Shown here one piece after another: positions 8,684-17,285 of a DNA stretch of 32,000 nucleotides. Location: the NCBI RefSeq assembly GCF_000014265.1, contig NC_008312.1:3240001-3272000 (forward strand), in the 5' to 3' direction. A program made the translations under genes and the position numbers. Under the pieces are notes generated by a model that was not told the DNA's origin, searched no databases, and saw nothing but the letters and a program-made list of their open reading frames with translations. Origin of the DNA: Trichodesmium erythraeum IMS101 (GTDB taxonomy: Bacteria; Cyanobacteriota; Cyanobacteriia; Cyanobacteriales; Microcoleaceae). Numbering within the stretch: position 1 is the stretch's first letter; the number at the start of each line of letters is the position of its first letter.

Positions 8684-9941
8684 GTGCGACTCGTTGGCCA
8701 AGAACCTAGGACAACCTAGTATAAATGGCCATCCTTAGTCAATACATGAGGATAACCTCGACTAATGGATAACTCTTATGTCCTTGGTGGTGAAATTCCA
8801 TCCGCCTTGTTGTTGGGTTGACAGCATAGGCCACAGGGTAGAGACTGAACATCAATCCCTGAAGCTGGCTTAAATGGGGTCAAAGCTTTAACTATCAAAT
8901 AAGTGAGACTTCTAGCAGAGACTAACAAGTGAACGAACAGGAAGGTAATTAAACTCTCGTAACATTCATTCATCCCAAAGATAGCTATGGGTTGTAGGCC
9001 AAAAGTCAGAGGGTCTTTGGATAATAATGTGTTCAAGCTATTATCAACAACCATACCGGATCCTCCGGGAGATTTTACCTCACTAAATTAGTCGCAATAA
9101 AGGCATAAGGGAACGAGGAAACCTCTTTAAGACACCCAAGAATATAGGTCAAAAACTTGGGAAGCCATTCAAGGTCAATCTACGCAAAGCCCGTAGGTCT
9201 TAAGGAGAGTAGGATTGGGTAAAAAAGCACAATTTATGCAGACGTACCCACTGTTAGACGTAATGTAAGGCAATAATTAGCAATAAAAAAAGCCAAAACA
9301 CTAAAAAACATTTAGGGTCACCTAAACTATTTTTAAGTGTGGCATGAAATACAAAAGATATAGGTTCCTAAAGCAGTTTTAATCCAAATTTGAAGTGGAA
9401 AAATATAAACTGGAAATTAGTCCTGAAAAATGTATTTAAGTTGTAAAAGTTAACTTACAGAGCATCCCGTTGTGGCAAACTCCGCAATATGCGTAAATAC
9501 CAAAGACTTCTGAGCAAAAGCTATTACCCTAGGCTGTTAGCTTTTAGGCACGTGACGCAAAGTTACCATAGCAGAAATAGTAAATATCCAGGGGTAAAAA
9601 AAAGAAGTCACAATACTGTCAAAGCAGCAAAAGAGTAAACATGCATCTTGTGGATTATATTTTTGACCAAGGGTATAAATTGAAACAGACCACATCGTTC
9701 CTAGGTTTGAAAGTGGTGACAACACCTATAAAAATCAACAGTTGTTGTACCAACATTGCCACAACGTTAAGACTACCAAAAATTTAAAAGCAAATTATTA
9801 GGACTCATTAAGTCCAAAGTAGAACTTTAAGGATGTGCCCTTGAATAGGGACGTTTAAGAGAGGAGCCGTGATGAGGTGAAAGTCTCACGTCCGGTTCTG
9901 AAGACAAGTCGGATCAGGTAACTTATCTGGCTTAGTTTAAC
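8684..9941 (+). mobile_element. Group II intron, ORF-less (intron-encoded protein degenerate or deleted), interrupting thyX
   Basis: The 5' end is GTGCGAC (8684-). The EBS1 candidate gttcaag (9031-9037) is exactly complementary to the last 7 exon nt, cttgaac (8677-8683). Domain V (gagccgtgatgaggtgaaagtctcacgtccggttc, 9864-9898) has the AGC triad and a GAAA loop. The 3' end is ..tttaac (AY). Removal fuses GHYGCLE|HPQITFNCGFFPHSVMQQARTHRIG in frame. The domain IV region (9192-~9560) is homologous to the IEP 5' region at 22525-22900, but ATG has become ATA and only ~0.3 kb remains before domain V. Confidence 0.85.
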
Positions 9942-11362
9942 ACCCTCAAATTACTTTTAATTGTGGATTTTTTCCCCATAGTGTTATGCAGCAAGCAAGA
10001 ACTCATAGAATAGGTTGCTGTTTGTCGGGCAATACAAAAGTTAGATTTAGGTATTCGTCTTCATCCCAAGAAGCGAAATATTATGAGGAAACAATTGAAA
10101 AATTAGCTAACTTATGGCATTACGGGAGCAAAAATCAATATACTTCTAAAGATGCAAAATGTATGCAAGAAAATATATCTAGCCGTAATATTTTTACTCT
10201 AGATACCCAAACTAACCAAATTGTTTCTAGCAAAATTACCAACATATATATTAATGGTGAAAAAGAAACTTACACAATAAAAACTGTTTCTGGTAAGGAA
10301 ATAAGAGCTACCCTAGAACACCAGTTTTGGACTAACCAAGGGTGGAAACGATTAAAAGATTTTAATAACAGCACTCAATTATGTGAAGTGCAATTAGCTG
10401 GAAATAAAGTTACTCCACAAGAAGTTAAATTTCTCGAAAAAGAAATGTTTAATGAAAAGTGGATCCCAGTAAGAAATTATGACGGATATAAAATTTATAG
10501 CTTAGATATTTTGAATTCTTACCTTATTCAAAAAGAGAATAAAGAGCATTCACGGAGCAAATCTAAAAATTGTTTACTTCCCAATTTAAATTATGGAATT
10601 AGGTATGATCGACTTTCAGAAGTAAATATAAATAGATTAGTAATGGAAAACTTGAAATTATTAGGAGAATACAAGGAACTTGAAGTCAGACATTTAAATG
10701 AGAATAGTTTTAACAACAAGCCAAAAAAATTTGCCTGGAATTCTAGCAAAAGCGACCAAATTGACAATATCAATAACAATAGTTTCTCTGATAATTCTGG
10801 TGTTTTTGTAGAGATAGAATCTATTGAAAAATTTGGCAAAGAAATTACTTATGATCTTGAAGTCGAACACCCAGAACATAATTTTATAGCCAATGGTTTA
10901 GTTGTTCATAATTCTTTCGATGTACAAAGTTATCGGTTTTGTTCGGGAAAAGTTATTGCAGTAGCAGATGGAAAAACTGATATAGAAACTGCTTTTTACT
11001 TACGTCCAGTCGGAGAATATTCTGACCGCAAAGGTAAAAAATATTATTATTCCGCCGAACAACGAGAAAAAGATTTATATTGGTGTTTAGAAGCAGCTAA
11101 GAAATACAAACTTGATATGGAACTTGGAATGTCTGAAGAACATGCCAGAGGAAAAATTCCTTTTGATTATCGTCAGCATTTTGTTGTCAGTTTTAATTGT
11201 CGTAGTTTGCTACATTTTTTAGATTTACGTTTTAAAAAGAATGCTCAATTAGAAATTCAAAAACTTTGTGAATTAATGTGGCCTCATTTTCAAGATTGGG
11301 TTCCCAATATAGCAGAATGGTATGAAAAAAATAGACTTAAAAAAGGCAAATTAGCACCTTAA
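9942..11362 (+). CDS. thyX: ThyX exon 2 (contains an in-frame intein at 10019-10912)
   Basis: The exon starts with AC, completing a His codon begun in exon 1. The extein sequence is HPQITFNCGFFPHSVMQQARTHRIGC ... SFDVQSYRF..ARGKIPFDYRQHFVVSFNCRSLLHFLDLR, matching the ThyX RHR-X7/8-S region and C-terminal motifs. Confidence 0.85.
10019..10912 (+). mobile_element. Intein (298 aa) within the ThyX signature motif, with a central HNH/NUMOD4-like homing endonuclease remnant
   Basis: Block A is CLSGNTKV at the N-terminus and block B is RATLEHQFWT. Blocks F/G are EITYDLEVEHPEHNFIANGLVVHN, followed by +1 Ser (SFDVQS). The central region EKWIPVRNYDGYKIY ... INRLVMENL ... LEVRHLNENSFNN parallels NUMOD4 + HNH_3 endonucleases. 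The N-terminal boundary could instead be one codon earlier (10016). Confidence 0.85.
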
Positions 11363-11478
11363 AAACAACCCTAAAAATAACTGATAAATGATAACTAAAA
11401 TCACACATTTTTCAACGATAATCTAAAATCAACGAAACTCCCTATTCTCAATAAACTCCCTATTCCTTATTACCTATT

Positions 11479-11907
11479 ATGAAACTGAAAATCAAAAAGT
11501 TAGATGAATTAGCAATTATTCCTTTTTATGCTCATAAAGGAGATGCTGGATTAGATTTATTTTCTATTGATGAGTCAACAATTAATCCAGGGGAAAGTAA
11601 ACTGATTCATACAGGTATTTCCATAGAATTACCATCAGGAACAGAAGCACAAATTCGCCCGCGAAGTGGATTAGCATTAAAACATCAAATTACTGTTTTA
11701 AATACCCCCGGAACTATCGACGAAACTTACCGAGGAGAAATAGGAATAATTCTGATAAATCATGGCAAAAATTCTTTTCAAGTAACAAAAAGAATGAAAA
11801 TAGCCCAAATGGTAATAACGTCAGTTTTATCTGTTAAGGTAGAAGAAGTCAATCAATTAAGTACAACTCAAAGAGACATTAATGGATTTGGTTCAACAGG
11901 AACATGA
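11479..11907 (+). CDS. dut: dUTP diphosphatase
   Basis: 142-aa ORF with the trimeric dUTPase motifs [36 protein letters not shown] and GFGSTG. Confidence 0.9.
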   Translation: MKLKIKKLDELAIIPFYAHKGDAGLDLFSIDESTINPGESKLIHTGISIELPSGTEAQIRPRSGLALKHQITVLNTPGTIDETYRGEIGIILINHGKNSFQVTKRMKIAQMVITSVLSVKVEEVNQLSTTQRDINGFGSTGT

Positions 11908-12446
11908 GAGAACAAATATATCAAAGACCAAGCTGGGATGAATACTTTTTAATGATTGCCAAATTAGCTGCTACTCGCTCAACTTGTTTAGCTTTTCCAG
12001 TAGGAGCAGTTATAGTTAAAGATAAACAAGTTTTGGCAACTGGTTATAATGGGCCTCCTTCTGGTTCTAATCATTGTACAAGCCAAGGTTTTTGTTATCC
12101 TGAATTAAGTAGTTGTGATGCCAGTAAAGCTTTACCATCTCGTTCTGTTCATGCAGAAGCTAATGCTATTGCTCAAGCGGCAAAACATGGTATTTGTACG
12201 AATGGAGCAATTATTTATGTCACCTTAGAACCCTGCATTTATTGCTTAAAATTAATTATTTCTTCTGGTATTAAAGAAGTTTTTTATGAGACGTCTTTTA
12301 ATAGTGGGGGAAAAGCGGCTTTAAGAGATTTATTTATTCAAGATGGTTTAGTTTCCCTTAAGCAAGTTTCTCTCTCAGATACAATTGCTAAAAAAGCAGC
12401 AACATTTCTACTTGATCCTACTTCTATTAGTAAAGTTTCTCGGTAG
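11904..12446 (+). CDS. dCMP deaminase (ComEB/cytidine-deoxycytidylate deaminase family)
   Basis: 180-aa ORF with [20 protein letters not shown] and the zinc motifs HAEANAI and EPCIYC. The start overlaps the dut stop in ATGA (11904-11907), implying translational coupling. Confidence 0.85.
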   Translation: MREQIYQRPSWDEYFLMIAKLAATRSTCLAFPVGAVIVKDKQVLATGYNGPPSGSNHCTSQGFCYPELSSCDASKALPSRSVHAEANAIAQAAKHGICTNGAIIYVTLEPCIYCLKLIISSGIKEVFYETSFNSGGKAALRDLFIQDGLVSLKQVSLSDTIAKKAATFLLDPTSISKVSR

Positions 12447-13012
12447 TACTAAACAAGTAATGATTTTGTTTATTTACCTTATAGTAATTCAAGGGATATA
12501 TCAACCTACATCCTGACATTTTTAAGACTACCAGTTTTTCAACTTGAAGAATAACAATAGTAAACCCGTTAAGGATAGAAAGTAGGCACTATGAAGGTAA
12601 ATAATTTATGTTGAATAGTTATAAAGTAATTGAAAAAAATGCACTTTTGATAACCGGAATAGGCTAATATACAGTGCATTTGCTAGTTTATGAGGTGAAT
12701 TAGTATTAGCTTCTTAGATAGTTTTTAAAGTATAGAATTAAGTTTTAATTTTTGTTGATTCAATCTACTGAAATAACCATACTATACTTTACTAAAAATA
12801 GGCTATACTATATTTAATATATAATAATTATAGCATTTATTCATGAAGTTTCACTTAATATAAAGATCAGAATAGTCAGTTTAATAAGGCCTTAAGTAAC
12901 AAAACTATAATGATGAGGAAAAATTATTAATTGTCTTCTTAAAAAGAAATATTATTAGTAGGTAGGCATAAAAAAGTTTAGCTATATTAAAAAAAAAATT
13001 CTACTAATTTCA

Positions 13013-13042
13013 AGTTCCTCCAAACATTTTAATGGAGGAACT
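13013..13042 (+). terminator. Orphan hairpin followed by a T-rich tract, in ORF-free DNA
   Basis: A perfect 9-bp stem (agttcctcc / ggaggaact) with a 12-nt loop is followed by atttgccttttg. No recognisable gene lies upstream. Confidence 0.3.
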
Positions 13043-13279
13043 ATTTGCCTTTTGTGACATAGGAAAAAAATTTAACCCTAGCTGACTTAGGAGATTAATT
13101 ATTATCACTAAATTGGGGGAAATGATCGTTATTCTCTGTAGTTTATAGCCTATGCCATATATTTTTCAGTCAATATGCTCTTACCCTATATTTAAAAATA
13201 GAAAGCACATTATGAAAAGTAAAAACATCATCCTTAACCCAATTTTGCCAGTCAAATTTTTAGTAAGTTTTTTACCTTT

Positions 13280-13838
13280 GCTAAGAATTTGAAAATTCAA
13301 GTTGAATTTAATCCGGCAAAAGTACAAGCTTATCGTTTAATTAGCCATGAAAATTGACTGTTACGTTCTCAAGATTTTAATGACAATACAAAAGATGCGG
13401 GAGATTTTGGTACAGGATATTTGGTTACGGCACTTTATGAAATTATTCCAGTGGGAGTAGAAAGTAATATGAAATTATCAGAAGTTTATCAATTGAGATA
13501 TCAAGATAATTAAGTTTATCAACCAGCTTAATAATAGTGGTCAATTAATATTAGTTAAGTTGTGTTATAAGGAGCAAAATGGTAAAAATTCTGAGTTAAT
13601 TCAACAGCCCGATGTTAATAAGGGAGTAAGTTTCAATAATGCTTCAAATGGTTTTAAATTTGCTGCTGCTGTGGCTGAGTATGGAATGATTTTACGAGAT
13701 TCTGAAAATCAAATTGATGCTAGTTTAAATAAAGTATTGAAGTTAGCAAATGAGTCGAATGGTTTAGATTTAGAAAGTTATCGGAGTGAGTTTATTAATA
13801 TGGTTGAAAGTAGCCAGAAATTGATGGGTCAAAAGTAG
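13280..13838 (+). pseudogene. C-terminal remnant of a YfbK-like von Willebrand factor A protein (DUF3520-type region)
   Basis: It reads AKNLKIQVEFNPAKVQAYRLISHEN* LLRSQDFNDNTKDAGDFGTGYLVTALYEIIPVG... An in-frame TGA at 13355-13357 sits where homologues have Arg (YENR). A further stop follows, then the ORF-track fragment 13560-13838 (..FKFAAAVAEYGMILRDS..SYRSEFINMVE). The vWA domain itself is missing upstream. Confidence 0.7.
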
Positions 13839-13979
13839 ACTATAAATTTAGATAAAACTTTTTCTATTATAGATTAATATAGATCACAATTTTTTGCTTT
13901 AATCCCGCTACTCCCTTTATACAGAGAATGAGTAATTTTTGATTGAGCTGTTAATTGAATAACTTATATCATTTTAAGT

Positions 13980-15836
13980 TTATTTTTCAACATCTTGAAT
14001 AGAACAAGATTCTTTTCTATTTTTATTCAAAAAGTCTCTAATTTTTATCGGAGAAGAACTTGCATCTGGAATTTTAGGATGATCTCGTTGAAACAAAGAT
14101 TCATTGTATGCTGCTTCAGTAATTTCTAACAAAGCCATAACATTTTTTTTGATATTGTTAAGCTCTTGTCTGATTTCCTCCCAGTCTAAACCTTCTTCTA
14201 TAAATATAATGAGTAAATTAATCCAACCACCCCAAAATTTTGAGTAAATAAAAGAAGTATTTCTTGTTTTATTTCTACTTTTTAAGTTATCTTCATCTCT
14301 ATTAAAAGTTGAAAAAATATAGTTAAAATAACGCTCAAATAAAGCTGTTCCTTTTTCTACTAATGTTTCTTTTTCAGATAATTTTTCTATAGTTGAATCA
14401 AATAATTTCTCATATCCATCTTTTTTTAAAAGAGTATTCCTAACTTTGGCTTTTGTTAACTGTTCGATCTTTGTAATGTTTGTAATTTTTTTAATTGCCT
14501 CAATAATTATTCCAGCATCAATAATACCTTTATTTGCTTTATCCGACGTTAGATTAAAAAATTGCTTAAAGTTTTGTCTAGTATTTAAATTGACAATAAT
14601 CTTTGTAGCAATTACTTTTGGCTCTTTACTTCCCAATTCATAAGCAATTTTATCTGTATGAGTTATTTCTACTTTTGTTTGATTCATATTGATTTCTAGA
14701 AATACTTTAGCGCTAAACTTATTAATAATTTCTTGATTCTCAGTTTTAAAATCAACTGCTGTCACCATTATTTTACAATCATTTTGCATAATTGATTTGA
14801 CCTTTTGATCCGCATAAGAAAATAATCTATGTTGACCATCAATTACAGAAATACTTCCATACTTTCTAGGAATATACAAACAACCATCGTTACGTTCGTC
14901 ATATGTACATTCTTTAGATAGAACCACCAAAATATTAGATGGGAAAATAAAATCAGGATTTGTTAATAAATTTTCCCTGATTTTTTTTAATTTATCGGGT
15001 ATTAAAGGTCTTTGATAATTATAGGTTGAACTATCCTCTAATAAAGGAAGTTCATCTTGTCTATATACACGAACTATATTTAGTATCTTGTATGGGGATA
15101 TAGTAAATGTATACAAATCTGATAAAGGTGCATCATTATCTTTTTTACTAATTTGCTTATTAGTACTTCTAATTAGTTGATGATATTTCTTATCAATTGA
15201 AATAGAAGTTTTATCTATCTCGTCATCGATTTTAAATAAATTTAAAAAATAGTTTCTAGTGTATTCTCCTATATCGTCAGAATATTCCTTTAATCTCATA
15301 TAATCTGATTTATAAAATTTAACTATATCCCTCGCTTCTGGTAAATCAATTCTGCCTTCTCCATTGCCTTCTTCTACAGTTGTAGTAATGAAAAATCCTT
15401 TAATTGACTGTATATTTCTAAATTTTCTTATATGTTCTGTTTTTATACCTAATTTTTGCCAAATATAATCGGAAAATTCTAACTTTTTAATTATATTGAT
15501 TTGATTAATAAACTTTTTATACTTTGTATTGATTTTTCCTTCATCTCTTGATGTTATTTCACCTATTAAACAAACTTTATCTATAGGTATCATGTAATCA
15601 AATTCAAGATGCTCGTTGTTTGGATATTCTGGTGCTATATCTTTTAACTGTACTTGACCTAAATCATTAAAACAATCTAATCCAATAGCTTCAAAAATAC
15701 ATTTTCCTTCTTGTTCGAGTTCTTTTCCTGATTTTCCTTGTAAAGATTTATTCATATTTTGCAATGATGTATAGCTAAAAAATCCAAAATTTATATAAAT
15801 ATAAATATAAATATTAATATTTCCTCTGTACATCAC
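13980..15836 (-). CDS. DGQHR-domain (DndB-like, ParB/sulfiredoxin-fold) protein with an unassigned ~230-aa N-terminal domain
   Basis: The three hallmark motifs are YQRPL (aa 274-278), VIDGQHRL (DGQHR = nt 14826-14840) and FLEINMNQTKV (aa 379-389). The start is uncertain. The GTG/ATG at 15836/15833 directly abuts AGGAGG but adds a low-complexity NIYIYIYI leader. The ATG at 15755 (MNKSLQGKSG) is the conservative alternative. Confidence 0.8.
   Translation of the reverse strand: MMYRGNINIYIYIYINFGFFSYTSLQNMNKSLQGKSGKELEQEGKCIFEAIGLDCFNDLGQVQLKDIAPEYPNNEHLEFDYMIPIDKVCLIGEITSRDEGKINTKYKKFINQINIIKKLEFSDYIWQKLGIKTEHIRKFRNIQSIKGFFITTTVEEGNGEGRIDLPEARDIVKFYKSDYMRLKEYSDDIGEYTRNYFLNLFKIDDEIDKTSISIDKKYHQLIRSTNKQISKKDNDAPLSDLYTFTISPYKILNIVRVYRQDELPLLEDSSTYNYQRPLIPDKLKKIRENLLTNPDFIFPSNILVVLSKECTYDERNDGCLYIPRKYGSISVIDGQHRLFSYADQKVKSIMQNDCKIMVTAVDFKTENQEIINKFSAKVFLEINMNQTKVEITHTDKIAYELGSKEPKVIATKIIVNLNTRQNFKQFFNLTSDKANKGIIDAGIIIEAIKKITNITKIEQLTKAKVRNTLLKKDGYEKLFDSTIEKLSEKETLVEKGTALFERYFNYIFSTFNRDEDNLKSRNKTRNTSFIYSKFWGGWINLLIIFIEEGLDWEEIRQELNNIKKNVMALLEITEAAYNESLFQRDHPKIPDASSSPIKIRDFLNKNRKESCSIQDVEK
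15795..15818. repeat. Hexamer microsatellite (ataaat x3 plus attaat) in the 5' leader or extension of the DGQHR gene
   Basis: Read directly: ataaat at 15795-15800, 15801-15806 and 15807-15812, then attaat at 15813-15818. Confidence 0.7.
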
Positions 15837-16397
15837 CCTCCTGTTGAAAAGTATGACTAATTTATTTTAATTATAAAATATTTACAATACCATACTTTCT
15901 ATTGAGTAGCGTTGATAAAATTTAGAACATTTCAATAAATCAAATTATTCTGTACTAATAATATATATGCCCTCCCTTTTCAAAGTAGTTTAGGAGGATA
16001 TTTTCTAGGATAATCTTTAGTATTTCAGATTACGAGAATTTTTGCGGTATTATCGTCAAGTTCAATATAACCTCACTTGGAGAGGATCCATATCCATCGC
16101 TCGGAATTTTTTTTTGCTAACTTTTCAGCCCTTAGACGCCCTGTTCAGCTTTTTGACTTTTTTGTGCCAACCTTTCTTCACTTGTAGTTAACAAATTACC
16201 TTCACTATTCTACCAACTTAACTAAGGTAGTTCCACCTTGTGATACCTACCAGATCAAACGCCTAAGTCTACTCCTAATAGTCCAATTAAATAATAACCC
16301 CGATCATTTGCCTATATTTGTTCTTACAAATTTATACACTTCTACTCCCGGGTTTTTAATTTCATAAATAGTATAAGTGCCTAAAGAAAACTAATTA

Positions 16398-16880
16398 CAT
16401 ATTTTTGCTCAAAATTATCAAGCACTTTTTTGAGATAATTAAGTAAACTTTCTCTATTCTCATAAGCATCAAATTCAATCCATTCACATTCAATAAATTT
16501 TCCAAAAATCTAAACAAAAATCTCAATTAAGTTTTGCTTAGTTGAGTAAATAGGTAACTCAAAAATCTGGAAATTTATTTACTCCTATTCCTCTAACTTT
16601 TTAATTAACTTATCACCCTTTATAATTGAGGATTAAACCATAATTACTACTGTAGTTTTAGACAAATTGTAACTAAATATATCTGAAAACTATCGGAATA
16701 TTTAACTGTTGATAATTCTGCGGTTAACTTCATAATATAATTCATTTATACGATTCATTCACCCCGAGATATTAATTATTTTACTTTGACAACTTTTAGC
16801 AGTTATTATTAGTATTTTTTCCGTCCCAGCAAACATAAAACATCAAATAAAATCCACTAATATATCCTCAATATCTGAAT
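16398..16880 (-). pseudogene. IS630/Tc1-mariner-type (DDE_3) transposase relic
   Basis: The minus-strand translation, broken by stops, reads ..TTVVIMV*SSIIKGDKLIKKLEE.. LPIYSTKQNLIEIFV*IFGKFIECEWIEFDAYENRESLLNYLKKVLDNF. This matches the vvIMDNasfHk ... LPpYSPeLNpIE ... C-terminal pattern of IS630-family transposases. Confidence 0.45.
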
Positions 16881-17209
16881 TCAAATTATCCCTTTTCCTT
16901 TGATTTTTATTTCAGCTCTAATAATGTAGTTTTTTTTTACTTATACTTTCCAGCTATCAGGAGTTTTACTTAGTCTTCTTTTCAATTGTTTCTACAGTAT
17001 ATTCAATTTTTTTATAATTATTTTTATCATTTATTTGTTAATATCTATTCCCTACTGTGGAAGTCTTATACCCACCTGTTTCAAATTCTTTTCTTTTTGA
17101 TTATATAATCCTAAAAAAACTTGGATTTTTCCATATTTTCAACTAATGATCAATAGTTCTTCTGTTAACTTCAAAAAAAAATTATTAATTCCGAAGTCAT
17201 CAAAAATAA

Positions 17210-17239
17210 TGTAGAGATATTTTATGAGATATCTCTACA
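17210..17239 (-). terminator. Putative intrinsic terminator downstream of the CobA-like gene
   Basis: A perfect 11-bp inverted repeat (tgtagagatat / atatctctaca) with an 8-nt loop lies 47 nt after the stop. On the minus strand it is followed by ttattttt. Confidence 0.5.
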
Positions 17240-17285
17240 AAAATTAGCTGAAAAAGTTTTTATAGTTTCTAGAGAAATCTATATA

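Noticed and set aside
8452-8709. Track ORF taken at face value as an 85-aa protein ending ..LERATRWPRT
   Set aside because: The tail after GHYGCLE is read-through into the intron (GTGCGAC...). The real product is thyX exon 1, starting at the ATG at 8488.
8776-9725. Minus-strand ORFs 8776-9054 (92 aa) and 9537-9725 (62 aa)
   Set aside because: Both lie inside the group II intron, in domain I and the degenerate domain IV, on the opposite strand. They are best explained as chance ORFs in structured RNA-coding DNA.
10591-10879. Two minus-strand ORFs (82 and 61 aa) within the intein
   Set aside because: They are antisense to the continuous thyX/intein frame in an AT-rich low-complexity region.
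13560-13838. 92-aa ORF as an independent gene
   Set aside because: It is collinear with the C-terminus of YfbK-like vWA proteins and continues the broken frame starting at 13280, so it is the tail of a pseudogene.
14446-14643. 65-aa plus-strand ORF
   Set aside because: It is antisense within the DGQHR gene, with an Ile/Phe-rich composition typical of AT-rich antisense frames.
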